A DNA stretch of 64,000 bases from the human T2T-CHM13v2.0 reference genome, Homo sapiens: NCBI RefSeq assembly GCF_009914755.1, contig NC_060941.1, one strand, 5' to 3'. A model generated the notes under the pieces. That model did not search any database. It was given only the letters and a program-made list of their open reading frames with translations, and had not been told where the DNA came from. Below, one piece after another: positions 1-16,075 of this stretch (position 1 is the stretch's first letter; each line of letters starts with the position of its first letter). The position numbers and the translations under genes were made by a program.

Positions 1-340
1 ATAAAGTATTGATACATGCTACAACACAGAAGAACCTTGGAAACATTAGGCTATGTGAAAGAAGTCAGTCACAAAGGAACCGATATTGTATGAGTCTCCT
101 GATATAAAATGTCCAGAATAGAGAAATCCATAATCTAATAGAGACAGAAAGTAGATTAGGGGTTGCCTATGGCTGGGGGCATAGGGAGTGATGGCTTAGA
201 GGTACAAGGTTTGGGGCGATGAAAATGCTCTAAAATTAATTGTGGTGATGGTTACACAATTCCGTGAATATACCAAAAGCTATTGAACCATGCATTTTAA
301 ACGGGTGAATTGTATAGGATGTGAATTTTATCTCAAAAAA
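1..340 (+). mobile_element. Old L1 (L1M-type) 3' end
   Basis: gatacatgctacaac...gaagtcagtcacaaa...gtgaattttatctcaaaaaa typical of L1MB/ME 3' UTR. Confidence 0.8.
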
Positions 341-397
341 GATTTTCAAATTTTATTTTAAGGCATGTTTCAGGAATATTTATCTGGTTAGAGATAG

Positions 398-500
398 GCT
401 GAGGACATGAGTTCAAGACTGAGGTCTGCTATGTACTGTGAAACTCTGGCCGAGTTATTTGCTGCTCTTTCAGGCCTGTTTCCTGTCTGTGAAATGAAGG
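398..500 (+). mobile_element. MIR fragment
   Basis: Degenerate MIR core (ctgtttcctgtctgtgaaatgaagg). Confidence 0.55.
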
Positions 501-2878
501 CTACCGTGATATAGAGGTCTTTCCAGATTTAACACTTCAAGATGCCAAGCCTTCGTTTCTTACTTCTTCCCTCTGAAAATACTGGGCGTGTCTTTGTGGC
601 AGAGAGAGCTAAGCAGTCTTGTAGCAGAAGCCTTGGACGCATACCTCCAGCTGTGCTTCAGAGTCTTATGTTAAAACATAAATATTCCCAGAAGGGAAGA
701 AACGTTTAAACTTTCTAAGCTAATATTGAACTTTCTGCAATACCTATTATAGAACTGGTTGACACTAGATGCTAACAAGAAAGGGACAAAGGATAAGAGT
801 GAGGGCAGGCATACTCTGACACATACCACTTATTTGACAGTTTTGCCTCCAGGCTCGCACCTCTACCAATCCATCTGAATTTAGACAAGGAATCCTGCCT
901 TCCTACCCTTACAGACTTAATGAAGGTCCCCAGAAAAGCCTACTGTGACTTCCCTATGGCCCAAGTGTCAGAAAAATCCAACGAGCCACACGAATGTATC
1001 TTCGTATCTTGGGAACCACCCAAGGCAAGCAAGAAGAGTTTTCCTTAGCTTGGCTATTGCCATTCTGCCAGTCTCCTCTTTCTGTTACAGGTGTTACACA
1101 AAGCCTTTTTAAGGAAGGATATGGGCTTTAAAAATATTATTGTATAATATAAAAGTGATGGTGTAGAACATTTGCAAAGCCTAGAAAATATAAGGAGAAA
1201 AAAAATCACCCACAATTCTAAAACCCAGAGGCTTTTCACTGTTCTGAACATCTGAGCATATTTTCTTCCAGTCTTTTTTCTACCTAGGAATGAGGTTCTG
1301 ATGGGGCTTTTGGATGTGTTATAGCTTGACACATATTTTCATAAGTCACTGGCAGCTATAATTCCACTGTAATTGTTTGGCTGTAATTCTTCTACAGCTG
1401 GAAAAGAAGTGCCTGCTCTCAACTCAAGAACCAATGGCATCATCAGTGGAATTCAAAGGAAGTCCCATGATTCTAAATGATTCTCATCTTGGTATTTAAA
1501 GTATTGCATGTCAAACTTTAGGTAAGTTAACAGTGATTTATAAAATGCAGTTCCCTCTGAGTTGATTAATGTCTCAGGTTACGCTTTCCGATTTTCAAAA
1601 ATAGAAAGACATCTTCTTTGTACAGCAAATGCCCTATGCTCCTACAAAAGGGAAGCATTTATACCACTTTTATTAGCATTTTCAAACAAGAAAGAGGTCT
1701 TGCTGGGGAAGAAACCATGAACTGTTCAATGATCTGCATTGCTGTGTGGTATGGAACGCTCCCTCAATATCCCATAAAAGGTGGTCAGCTCTGTGACCAC
1801 CTCCTCCATACTGGGAGGTCTGCAGTTGGCAGGACTTTCATGGAGATTTCCACCCTTGACTGCTCAGAGCAGACTGCTGTGCTAGCAGGAAATTAACTTC
1901 GAGCCCCTGTCTGGCCAAGCTCTTTAAAGGAAACAGCCTGCAATCTCTGACACAACAGGAACGGGCATGACACAAACAGACAGAAAGAAGGAAATTTACA
2001 GCTGCGTTAGATACCAAGTGTGAGGCAACAGGCGAACTCTGTATAGCTAATTTACTTGTAGTTTATGAAGTCAAAATGCATTCAGGATTTGTGTGCTGAA
2101 GACAATTAGACGAGTGATTGTGTCTTCCTTCTGTACCCAGCAAGGATTTATAAAATCAACAGTCACAGTTTCCATCTTATTTCTTTGTTCAGAAAATAAA
2201 CTAGAGGATGAGAACAGATAAGGCGACTCCTGGCCTCTGGGGAATGTATAATTGGCAGGGCGGAGTCCTCTGAAGGTTCCCGAGTGAGGACCTGGTCATG
2301 TCACTGAAGCGCAGCTCTGACCTGTGCAAGGCTGTCCTATGGGACAGAGAGGGCTGCGGAGTGAGTCTGACTGCCCGCATGGACAGGGCGGACCCACCTT
2401 TGCCCACCCAGGCCACAACCTCAGGTAACGCTCTCCGTGGCAACTCTGGGGGCTAAAAATGATCATCTCCATTTTACTGCAGTAGAAAGGGAGCTCAGGA
2501 GAAGTTGAGGTGATAATTATAAACGTGAGCATTTAAAACACCTTGGGCTATATCTCCAAAGAACATCAGAGGTCTAAAAAGACACAGTTTGCTCCTGGTC
2601 TTTCAGAAGAAATACTCAACCTATCCCTGGATCCTTTCATAAGGAGGCATTCTTTTATCTGAGACAGAGGAAGTCTCTGCTATTGTTTCTCATTTTTCTT
2701 GAGATAAAATCGATTCCCTTTACAAACAATATACACTGTCTCTAACAGGGAACACAAATAGCCCTGCACTTTTAAACCTTATTTTCTCTCTGTTTAAGCT
2801 GCAGAAAGTAAGGCAACCAGTGAGTTTTCTGAACTACAGAAAAACAACTATATTTGCTAAAAAATAAGAGTAAATGGT

Positions 2879-3180
<302 letters not shown>

Positions 3181-3789
3181 GGAGAAACATCTGTTTGCAA
3201 GGGAGGGTGCTCAGTCCTGAAGCAACCCTGTCCTCTGGGGGTCAAGTGTGCAACAGGTGTGAGGAGTAAGTGGCATTTACTGTCCACTCCCCTCTCTTCA
3301 GAGAAACTGAGAGCCACAGGCAGCTTCTAGCTTTCTGCATGCCCGATGTCCCTCCCCAAATCCCTGAAGGCCCAGCTCAGGCCCTGCCAGCCTCAAGCTC
3401 TATGCAGATTCAGGGGCCTCTCATTCCTGATCAGAAGAGCACATGCTCCCTTCAACTGTGTCCGCACCCCAGAGTTAAACATGGTTCCACCCCTGCCAAA
3501 GGCTGCTGGCGCACCTGTCTCAGACCACCTCAGACAGACTGTTGAAGGGAACTCGTGACAACTAGATTTTGGGCTCCTGGTATGAGGTTGCCTAATGGTG
3601 CCTACTATGGTGCCAAGCACAAAGAATGTCTGCAATAGATACTTGTCCAGATGATTTCAGCCTCTCATTTCTAAGGGAAAAACTTACCACCCACAGCTTC
3701 TTCACGTACCGTCTTCCATTTCAGAAAATGTGCTTCAAAGTCATTATCTCACAGAACTCCCTAACAGCCTCAATGGCTTTGTTCTTTTA

Positions 3790-4109
3790 TTTATTTATTT
3801 ATTTTTAATTTATTCATTGTTTTTTGAGACAGAGTCTCGATCTGTTGCCCAGGCTGGAGTGCAGTGGTGCGATCTCAGCTCACTGAAGCCTCCGCCTCCT
3901 GGGTTCAAGTAATTTTCCTGTCTCAACCTCCCAAGTAGCTGGGATTACAGGCACTCGCCACCATGCTCAGCTAATTTTTGTATTTTTTTGGTAGAGACAG
4001 GGTTTCTTCATGTTGGTCAGGCTGGTCTTGAACTCCTAACCTCAGGTGATCCACCCGCCTCGGCCTCCCAATGTGCTGCGATTATAGGTGTGAGCCACCG
4101 CACCCGGCT
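3790..4109 (-). mobile_element. Alu (S-type)
   Basis: Antisense Alu; TSD gctttgttctttta. Confidence 0.95.
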
Positions 4110-4402
4110 AGCTTTGTTCTTTTAAAATATCCTTTTGCCATAGCTGAAATGTGAAAGCACCGAAATCAACAGCCAAGGGCCATTTATAGAATTGGAATGA
4201 AGAGAAGGCATCAGAAGTATTTCATGCATGGCAGTTCCTGTGCTGGTCACTTTCACAAACATTACCTTGTTTAATTCTCAGCCAACCCTGGGAGATGGGT
4301 ATTATTCATAAGGGAACCAAGGTTCAAAAAGTCTAGGTGACTTGGATGGCACCCAGATAGATCTTGAAATTCAGTGAAAGCCAAATAACTCAGAAACAGC
4401 AA

Positions 4403-4478
4403 ATAGAAGCAGTTGTTCAATGATACTAAACTGAAATATAATAGAAGCAGTTGTTCAATGATACCAAACTGAAATATA
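4403..4478 (+). repeat. 38-bp tandem duplication (2 copies, 1 mismatch)
   Basis: atagaagcagttgttcaatgatac(t/c)aaactgaaatata x2. Confidence 0.95.
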
Positions 4479-5189
4479 ATCTGCAAATATTAATCTGGAG
4501 TCATTAAATGTACAAGTTGTTCCAGTGTGCTGACTCCTCACCCCACCACACAATGAAGGAATTCTTTCTTGTTTACTCCTAGCTTGATGAATTCATATAA
4601 TGTCATCTGCTATTTCAATATAACAAATCCAAACCATTCCTCTTCTTATACACCAGGAATGTATTAAATAGTGTTAAATCCCGAGAATTCAGTAAGGTTT
4701 AATATCCTAGCATATCGTCGAAGTAGAGAGATTTCTTTGTCATGTAATAAAACATATTCTTTATGGTTCAGATTGTCTTTTTGCTGGCCATGCAGACACG
4801 CCAAGTTGAAACCTGCTTCTAATTATCACGCCTACTCTGTACTGAACGAACCACAAAAAACAATTAGGGGTAAACACTTTTCAACAGCAGATGCTTGAAA
4901 TCTTTTACATGTCTACCTTACGTGCCTTGACACATTTGCTGATATGGGTCCCAGACAAAGGGTGTTGTTATTCTTGGACTGCAATGAAGGGCACACAGCC
5001 CCCCTGCAGGACACACAGCCTGACATAATTTGAATCTGCCGCCATTAAGACAAAGCTTCGAGATAAACCCCACTAAGACTCAAAAAGCAAACACTGCTTC
5101 ACGTTCGCAATTTGGAGGAAAATAAAGCTTGGGAAAGAAGCACCAGGACATGAAATTTCAGGGACATTTGTTCCATTTTTGGAGCTCAC

Positions 5190-5286
5190 CTGTTGGGTTT
5201 GCAGGAATATCCAGGAGGGTCTTCAACAGCTTCATGTCTTTAATGTTGTGAATATAAATGGACTCTTCTAGGCAAACCAGCAGCCT
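5190..5286 (-). CDS. WIPI1: WIPI1 exon 4 ([32 protein letters not shown])
   Basis: Acceptor gattacAG, 97 nt, donor GTGAGC; in frame after exon 3. Exon 5 was not found, so it lies left of the window. Confidence 0.97.
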
Positions 5287-5594
5287 CTGTAATCACACAG
5301 ACTTATCAGTCTACCGAACCGTTCCTTACAAAGACCCTGACCAAATCCAAATCATTCATCTTTCATATGAGTCCTAACTTGATTCTAAGCCTAAAGCAGA
5401 ATTTTGATGATGCATTTTGAAGATTGTGTTTATGGATGTACACACATACACATGTAATCATCCACCTGAACACAAGCATAAAATGCAAGATCTTAAGAAA
5501 TTTTATTAGAAATTAAGATTGTTTTTACTTCTCTCCTTCCTTCTTCCCTCCCTCCATTCCTCCCTCCCTCTCTTCCTTCTCCTTCTTTCCTTAG

Positions 5595-5920
<326 letters not shown>

Positions 5921-6880
5921 TGAACACTTTCTGATCAGACCCCCTGTGCCATGTAAGACAATTTCATGTGCCTTCTGTAGTTTCCACTGCCATCTAACAG
6001 GCTGCCTTTCAGTGTTTATAGCACAGGTCTCCCTCCTATATAAAAATGGGTTTCTTTGCTTTCTCTCCATCACCAAATCTTAGGTTTTACCCCTCTCTGA
6101 ATAATTACCAGCTCTAACTTATTTCTACTCAGACTCTCCTCCAGGCCTGCTTTTGGGCCGCTGTCTGAGCCCTGGCAAAGGGAAAAGGAGAAGGGCTTCG
6201 GCCCCATTTGAACACCCCAGTGCCCCACGTCCCCACTGTTCCTTCCTGGGCTCCTCTCTCTGGTGCTTGCTCTCCCCACTGCTGCCAGACCCTTCTCTTC
6301 CTCTCCACATGAAAGCTTGTCAGGTTCAGAGCCTCTTCCCAATGGCTGTGCTCTCAGCTAAGTGAAAACAGGCCACAGGGTTGATGTATCGGGTGTTTAA
6401 AGGAATATAACGCATAGCCCAGTACAAGGGCAGACATCGGTGCTGGTGAGGAGGTGTCAGGAAGGCATTTCTGGTTGGGCAGCTCCTCGCACATCTGAGC
6501 AGCTGCCGACCACCCCTGCACATGCCTGACTTGGCTCCCCTCAGGCCAGTGTTTCTTAGACCTGGATGCCCAAGGAGCTGCCCAAGGAGCAAGCCCTGGG
6601 CTCTCCCCGGAGATTCTGGTTTGGGAAGTTTTTAGACGAATACCAGGTGATTGCGATGCACACTGAGGCTCAAGAACCACTGCTCTCAGCCAGCTCCTTT
6701 TATTCCAGGGAACATCAGCTAGAAGGGAAGGTACCAAAAAATACCACACAAAAGAGGCAGGCTCTGCTCCTGGGAAAAGCCTGCCCTGCTATTCCCCAAG
6801 GAAGACTATCCATGGCTCAGAATGATGAAGGTCATCAGTGTTAACCAAGCAGAAAAATAAAATTTAAACACATTTCTCAA

Positions 6881-7175
6881 TTTTTTTTTTTTCAGACAGG
6901 GTCTCGTTCTGTCACCCAGGCTGCAGTGCAGTGGCAGGATTACAGATCACTGTAGCCTCAACCTCTGGGGCTCAGTCCATTTTCCCACCCCAGCCTCTCG
7001 GGTGGCAGGGACTACAGGTGTGCGCCACCATGCCTGGCTAATTTTTTGGTATTTTTTGTAGAGACCCGGGTTTCACTATGTTGTCCAGGTTAGTCTACCT
7101 CCTGAGCTCAAGAGCTCCTCCTGCCTCGGCCTCCCAAAGTGCTGGGATTACAAGCGTGAGCTACTGTGCCCAGCC
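6881..7175 (-). mobile_element. Alu (J-type)
   Basis: Antisense Alu with J-like diagnostic sequence. Confidence 0.93.
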
Positions 7176-8062
7176 CTTTCTCAGTTTTACCTAAGGCTCT
7201 GTCGTAGGTCTGAGACTGGGGACTGAGGGTTAAAAAAATTCTAACAGGTTCTCAAAATTGATGATAAATATGAGTGTTCCTCTGTGAAATATTCTCTGAC
7301 TTATCCAATCACTGTGCCTTTTGCCAGCACATGCCGTGGTTAGAACTACGTGGTTCTATGCTTCCTTCTGTTCAGAGGTTTCTGATATCCTCTTGTGTCC
7401 CCTCCCAGCCCCACACCCAATCCCTGGGATAGCGGGGCCTTGACATATGCCTCTCCTAGAAACAGCATCTACATCTAGCCCATCTGATCTGATCTGCATT
7501 TTTTTCCCAAGAGCTCTGATGGCACCATCTGCTCTGCGGCTCACTCAGCTGAATTTCAGGTCACCCTCATGCTGGCTGCAGATAAGACTAAACGCAGAGG
7601 GAAACAGAGAGAAAACACTGGGAGGGAACGAGGATGCACTCTTAGTTCGTGTGAGAGCATGCTTCTGGGGTGGGCACGATGCTGCTGATTGCTTTTTTAA
7701 CTATCAGTTTTCAGCCCCCGCAGAACCATGGTCTTGCCTTCAACTCAGCTCCTTGTCTGTTGCTTTGAATTTCATCTACTTTTCTAGGTTTTATAAGCAA
7801 TAACTCCTTTTATCAATTACAAAATATTTATAGCATCTGCCCTAGAACACCACAGATTTGGCCTCAGAGGCTTCGAGCCAATCAGCCTCCATCTGGATAG
7901 CAAGGGCCCCTGGGAGGAGACTGCAAAAGAACTGTAAAAGTATGCAAATCTAAATACATCATACAGCTGTCTTGATTCCATAAAATATATTTCCTCAGTT
8001 CAATACAAGAGAAATAACATTAACTAAAAATGAAACATATGACAATTCCTAAGTGTTCTTCT

Positions 8063-8369
<307 letters not shown>

Positions 8370-8404
8370 TTTCCTTCCTATATACTTAGAAAAAAGGGAT
8401 TTGG

Positions 8405-8699
8405 GGCCAGGTGCGGTGGCTCACACCTGTAATCCCTGCACTTTGGGAGGCCGAGGTGGGTGGATCACGAGGTCAGGAGATTGAGAACATCCTGGCTAAC
8501 ATGGTGAAACCCCATCTCTACTAAAAATACAAAAACATTAGCCGGGCGTGGTGGCAGGTGCTTGTAGTCCCAGCTACTTGGGAGGGTGAGGCAGGAGAAT
8601 TGCTTGAACACGGGAGGTAGAGGTTGTGGTGAGCTGAGACTGCACTCCAGCCTGGGCAACAGAGTGAGACTCTATCTCAAAAAAAAAAAAAAAAAAAAA
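8405..8699 (+). mobile_element. Alu (S/Y-type)
   Basis: Sense Alu; TSD aaaagggattt. Confidence 0.95.
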
Positions 8700-10040
8700 G
8701 ATAAAAGGGATTTTGGATCCTTATAACACCTTATCCAAATCTTTAACTTTTTCCTGTTTTTCAAAAAAGAAACTGTGCTGTCTGAAGGCCTGAGGAAGTA
8801 GCAGACTGAGTGCTACAGAATAGAACAGGACACACTCCCCTTGGGCCTTTATCATTTCCCCAGAGTGGGCAGTCCTCCCGGACACCGCAGAATCCCTACC
8901 TGGCAAGAGAGGCTGCAGCAGCTGAGTTGCTTAAACCAAAATTTAAGTCCCAAACCTGAAAGTTTTAAGAAAAGCAAACCCCCAATACTTCCCAGACCTG
9001 TTTCAAATCATTCTTGTCGGAGAAGAAATGTAAAGGAAGGGAGAACTCTTAGATATTGGTTCCAATGAACCGATGCTCATCTTGGTTCCGACGTTAGATC
9101 TTGGTTCCGAGAACTGTTAGATCTTGGTTCGTGGCTTTGCCATGAATTGCTGACAGTTCCTGGTGCATCAGTGTTCTTTAGAAGGTGGGGGAGGAGAACC
9201 TCACAGTTAATGAGTATTATATTAAGGGGAGGCTGGCACCTAAAGGTTAACAGACTCGGACACTCAAATAGGCCTTCCTTGTCCCATTTGCTAATGAATA
9301 TACCAGACAGAAAGAGAGAAATCATACAAGCAAATACAATAGACGCTATTTGAGGGTTCCGGTCTTTACAGATCATTTGCCTAAACAATCTTAAAAAGAT
9401 CATCAGGTGCCAAAAACAGACATTTAACCTTGTATACGGATTACTACTATATGCAAGGATAAAAAGTTTAGCAGCGAAACTTAATCTGCTACCAACAGAT
9501 TTCAGTGAAAACACCTGAGTCAAGAATTTCATCTAAAAGCCTTCAATCAGAAAACTCTCAAACTGCCTTTCCCTCCCTTGCCAAGAATGCAGGTTTCTTT
9601 TCTTTCTTACTCCTGCTACTCCCTACTTAAAAGGTCCCACTTCTCTTTCTCCAGCTATTTTTCACCGCACTGCTTTAGGTGGACTTAAGTGGATTTTCAT
9701 TTGAAAGAGTTGATCAATTCAAAGAAACAATCCCTTCCTTCTCATAAATTTAAAAAGCATTTATTTGTCTCATTTGTTAAAAAAAATTAATTAGTACTTA
9801 AGAGTTTAGACAAAGACAGAAGAAAACATTGTCCTCAATGAATGCAGCAACCGCTCTGGGAATACTTAATTGAATAGATAAATCTGCATGGTCACATAAA
9901 GAATCTCTTTGTTTATTTACTTATTTAACAGTCAGTCAGGAAACAGATATTTATGAGCACGTATCTACCAAGCACTGCCTTTTCTACCAGGTCGTATAAT
10001 GGTGAACACACCAGCACAGTCCCTGCCTTCACAGTAATTT

Positions 10041-10795
<755 letters not shown>

Positions 10796-11421
10796 TTAAA
10801 AGAGAACATATTGCCTATTTGAGATCAGAATAATCCTTCAACAAAGAAAATGCTACAAAAAAAAACAAAAAGTCTTCAAGGGTTAGCTGGGAAAAAGAAA
10901 AATGAGAACCCAAGGCTGAATAGCAGACCTTCCAGGAGAGCTGAGGACGTGGTGGGAGAAGGGCAGCTTTCCTGACCCAGGGAGCCCCCACTTCACTCTC
11001 AGGCATCTCCTGCTCAGTGGTATTGCCCCAACATCTGCAATGAATGACACTATCTAGGGCAAAACCAGAAGAGTCGCTCCTCTGATTTAAGGTGCTCTTG
11101 CGGTGGCTCATGGGACTGTCCAAGCCAGAGCTCTGACCCATCCCTGCGGTGCCCAATCTGTACCCTAGGGAGAGGGTGCAGCCTACCAGTCAGGGACCAA
11201 CGTTCTGGAAACATGAGCCAGAGGTCTAGGGAAAACAACGTTACAACCAGCACCTGGAGTAGACTCTGTTTACAATACCCCCGGGACACGGGGCCTGAGT
11301 GTTAACATTCTTATTAGAATTGGAAGCTTGTTTTACAGACATTGATCTTGAAAGACGTCCATCTTTTTGTTTGGCTCCCGTTAGCAGAAGCTTTGAAACC
11401 CTGAGGGATTTCCCCACTTAC

Positions 11422-11591
11422 TTGCCGGTTCAGCCTTATGGACAAGATGTTGCTGGAGTAGCTGTAATTACAGATCTCTGTGCCTTTCTTGAAGTGATAC
11501 ACGTTCATCTGCCGTGGTTTTGTGTGACTGACTACCACCACCAGGCTGCTGGAGAAGAGGCGCTCCACGATGTAGACGTCCGGGATTTCAT
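11422..11591 (-). CDS. WIPI1: WIPI1 exon 3 ([57 protein letters not shown])
   Basis: Acceptor cttttcctcccAG, 170 nt, donor GTAAGT; overlaps ORF 11314..11568; typical Atg18/WIPI WD40 sequence. Confidence 0.98.
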
Positions 11592-11802
11592 CTGGGAGGA
11601 AAAGCAGCCGGGAGGTTACATGGATCGATCACTTCCAAGAAGGATTCCAGCCTCCATGACACTGGGCCCGGCGCAGGCCAGGTTCCAAAGGTTCTCCGGG
11701 TCTTGCCGGCCAGGCGCCCTCTCTGAGCTTGCATTGACAGTGATCCACCATGCCCCCCACCCTGCCAGGTGGCTTTTTACCCTCTCCCAGGGAGCACTTT
11801 CA

Positions 11803-12153
<351 letters not shown>

Positions 12154-12933
12154 CTAGACTGCAAGTCAGAGCAAAGGCAGACAGCTGCCTCTGATGCTGT
12201 CTGAGTGGCAGAATCTCCCCTCCAGACCCTAGGGCTCCACTGTTTGCTCTGTCAAACATGTTTGGAATATTTGAACAATTTTCATCTACCCTTTCCCTGA
12301 GAGATTTCAAAGGCGTGACTTCTCAGTTGGGAACTTCTGCTTCAGAATTCTTCTTGTCCTGCTAGAGGGGTGCCAATATGGGAGGGGACAGTAACACAGT
12401 TAAATCTGTACTCCCCCCACCCCCTATCTTGCTGTGCTCCCTGGATCTCTTTCCTGCTGAAAACCATCTGGACATCAGTATTATGACGAGGAAAGTACTT
12501 CTGTACTCAGGAAGAAGTTAGTTAATGACCCTCCTGAGCACAAAGGTTACGGCTTTGGTATCTTTCTGAGCACATTCTTTTCATATGTGTGCCTTTCTTC
12601 CACTTGGAAAAGGCCCACAGGGAACAATGTGGGACAGACATAGAGCAAAAAATTCACAAAAATGGTGTAATAACAATAACATCTTACAAATAAAGTAGGA
12701 GCCCAAAATATTATTTACTGAACCACTTTTTTTCCAGGAAACTGAAAGGTTGTATATTGTTCGCTATTATGATGGCATAAACCATCACCCTGACAAAATA
12801 AGGAAGTCACATTTCTAGTGAATTATTTACAGTGTTCACTAGACATGCTTCAACATCATTGACATGGGCTATGTAAATAGGATACCGTTGCCTTCTTCAA
12901 ACAAATACTTCCAAAACTGAATCAATGTTATCA

Positions 12934-13293
<360 letters not shown>

Positions 13294-13603
13294 TTAGGTT
13301 TGACAGTTATAAAAATTAATGACTGTGCATATAAGCATGTGAAAAAGTCTCAATAATATGATTTCACACAAATAATTTCTTCTATAAAAAGAAAATGTTA
13401 CTTAAACTGTTGCCAGATCTAAGTGCTTGTGGTTTAAAGCAAGTAGTGGCAACGATTTATATTTAAATCTAAAAATCTTGACTCCCTAAGTTTGATGGCT
13501 AAGGAAGGGAAAAATAGGCAGCTTGGTAGCACCGCAGATTAAAGCCTAGAAGGAGGCTCTGGTTCTCCTGCAGATCCCTGAGGTCTCTCTCACACACACT
13601 TAC

Positions 13604-13686
13604 TGCTTCCGTGGACTTGATCCAGCTGCTCCACAGAACTCAGAGAAAACAGCTTATACCCGGCTTTAGTTCCAATTGCTAGGGAT
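13604..13686 (-). CDS. WIPI1: WIPI1 exon 2 (TSLAIGTKAGYKLFSLSSVEQLDQVHGS)
   Basis: Acceptor ...ctccacAG, 83 nt, donor GTAAGT; phase consistent with exons 1 and 3. Confidence 0.97.
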
Positions 13687-14145
13687 CTGTGGAGGATAAT
13701 GACAGCATGGGAATAACGACAGGTATTCTAACAACAGATCTGTCTGCAAATAGATGCCTTTTGCCCCCTAGCCTCAGGGGTACAGTAAACAAGCATCTGC
13801 AGGAGCTTAGATCCTTGGTAACTTCCTAAATGGTGACGCATGTCTTGACAGGCAGGAAGAGCAAAAGAAAAGAAGAAAAAGTCAAAGGCAACTTAAAAAA
13901 AAAAGTGAAATGATCAAGGGGCATGAAACTGCATGAGCTCTGTCATCCAACAAAATGTCAAATCTAGCAGACATGTTTTTCCCACTGGGCAGATAACAGG
14001 AAAAATTGAATGTTTAAGAATATTCATAATAGCTGAAAGCTCTACCTCCAACACAACGAGGGGGCCTTCTTGTTGTCTGAGAGGCACTTTACCAGATAAA
14101 TCAGTTTTTCTTTCCTTCATAACTTTATTTGTTTGTTGCTTATAA

Positions 14146-14465
<320 letters not shown>

Positions 14466-15773
14466 TAAGAAATACACTTTCAAAGTAGGCATAGTAGGTC
14501 ATTAGTAGGTAAAATTTAATAGATGCTTCCTTTCATCAGTTTCCAGAAAAATGTCCTGATACTTCATACTAGTAGCTCTCACACCTGGATGTATATTAAA
14601 CTCAGCTGGGAAGTTTAATTGGATTTGAAGTTCAAGTATTCTAATGAGCAGCCCAAGTTGGAGAACTCTGCTTTCTACTATATCCTACAAAGCAATCATC
14701 ACAACCAACAAACAAAATACAAACTAAACATTTATCTAGGACAATCAAAGTGCCTCTTAAAAAAAATCTGGTTCTCTTAATTTTTCATTTTTCAATGAGG
14801 AGATAAAGACAGGACGTGAATCCAGATTTTCTTGGCCTTGTGTTGAAAGTAAACATCAAAGTCAACTTTGTTCAGCAGCTGGGAATCCTCACCCAGCTCT
14901 TTCCAGCTGTGCCCTCCGCACCTAAGTGATGAACAGAATCTGACCCGGAGCACACTCACAGAAGTGTGCTTCTCTGGAAGGCAAGGTGAAATTCACTCTT
15001 TACAGGGAAGCATATACTAAAATAAGCAACTTACTATTACAAGCCTGGATGGCCAAGGCTCTTGTTTCACTAGCCTAAAAAAGAGAAGGTCACATGATTT
15101 TCCCTGGAATTTTTTTTCCCTACCCAGACATTTGTTCTTCCCTGGGACACAGGGATAGGGCAACTACAGTAAACTTTTAATCCACAAGGTAGCTGGTGAC
15201 GTCTCGCAGCCCTCCAACCTGCTAAGTAGCTAAACTGGTGGGTTAGACATTTGCAGCTGTGCACTTAGAACTGGCATTTAGTACCTAGACTGAGGTATTC
15301 ATGATGACAAACAGCAACTGGAAAAGTAAGCCCAGAGCATCTTAAAACTTCAAAATGTATTTTGTAGTGTTATTGTTTTTAAACTTTCTTCACATAAACT
15401 TTTTCACATAAATATAGATGTGTTTGGCTGCGAAATGAGGTTTGTAAAGTTTGCAAGTAAGGAAAGAAATACTGTAACTAGAGTCTTATAACATTAATGC
15501 AAAGTGACAGCAATTTAAAGTAATTTTCAAACATAAGCCCTGCTCCTGGACCAGAAGAATTCTACATATGAGAAAATCGCAGAGTGATGTTTTATGTGAT
15601 GTTTTACGTGATTGATCAATGGCCACAAAAGACTCTGAATCAAGGAATTTAGACTTAGACCTTATTTCATCCATAAAGTCTTTCTGTAGAAACAAAATTC
15701 TAATCACCACTCATGGAAACAGAGCTTGGGACAAATATTTATCATTAATCAAATTTAAAATGTACCCAAAGTA

Positions 15774-16075
15774 GGCTGGGCATAGTGTGTCACATCTGTA
15801 ATCCCAGCATTTTGGGAGGCTGAGGTGGGTGGATCACTTGAGGTCAGGAGTTCAAGACCAAGCTGGGCAATGTGGCAAAACCCCGTCTCTACTAAAAATA
15901 CAAAAAATTAGCTGAGTGTGGTGGTACACGTTTGTAATCCTAGCTACTTGAGAGGCTGAGACAGGAGAATCGCTTGAACCCTGGGAGGCAGAGGCTGCAC
16001 TGAGCCAAGACCACACCACTGCACTCCAGCCTGGGTGACAGAGCAAGACTGTCTCAAAAAAAAAAAAAAAAAAAA
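15774..16075 (+). mobile_element. Alu (S-type)
   Basis: Sense Alu; TSD gtacccaaagt. Confidence 0.95.

Noticed and set aside
9077-9532. 151-aa ATG-initiated ORF in WIPI1 intron 3, sense strand
   Set aside because: No recognisable domain; about one ORF of this length is expected by chance in 64 kb; its C-terminus comes from a tandem motif. Ribo-seq or PhyloCSF would be needed.
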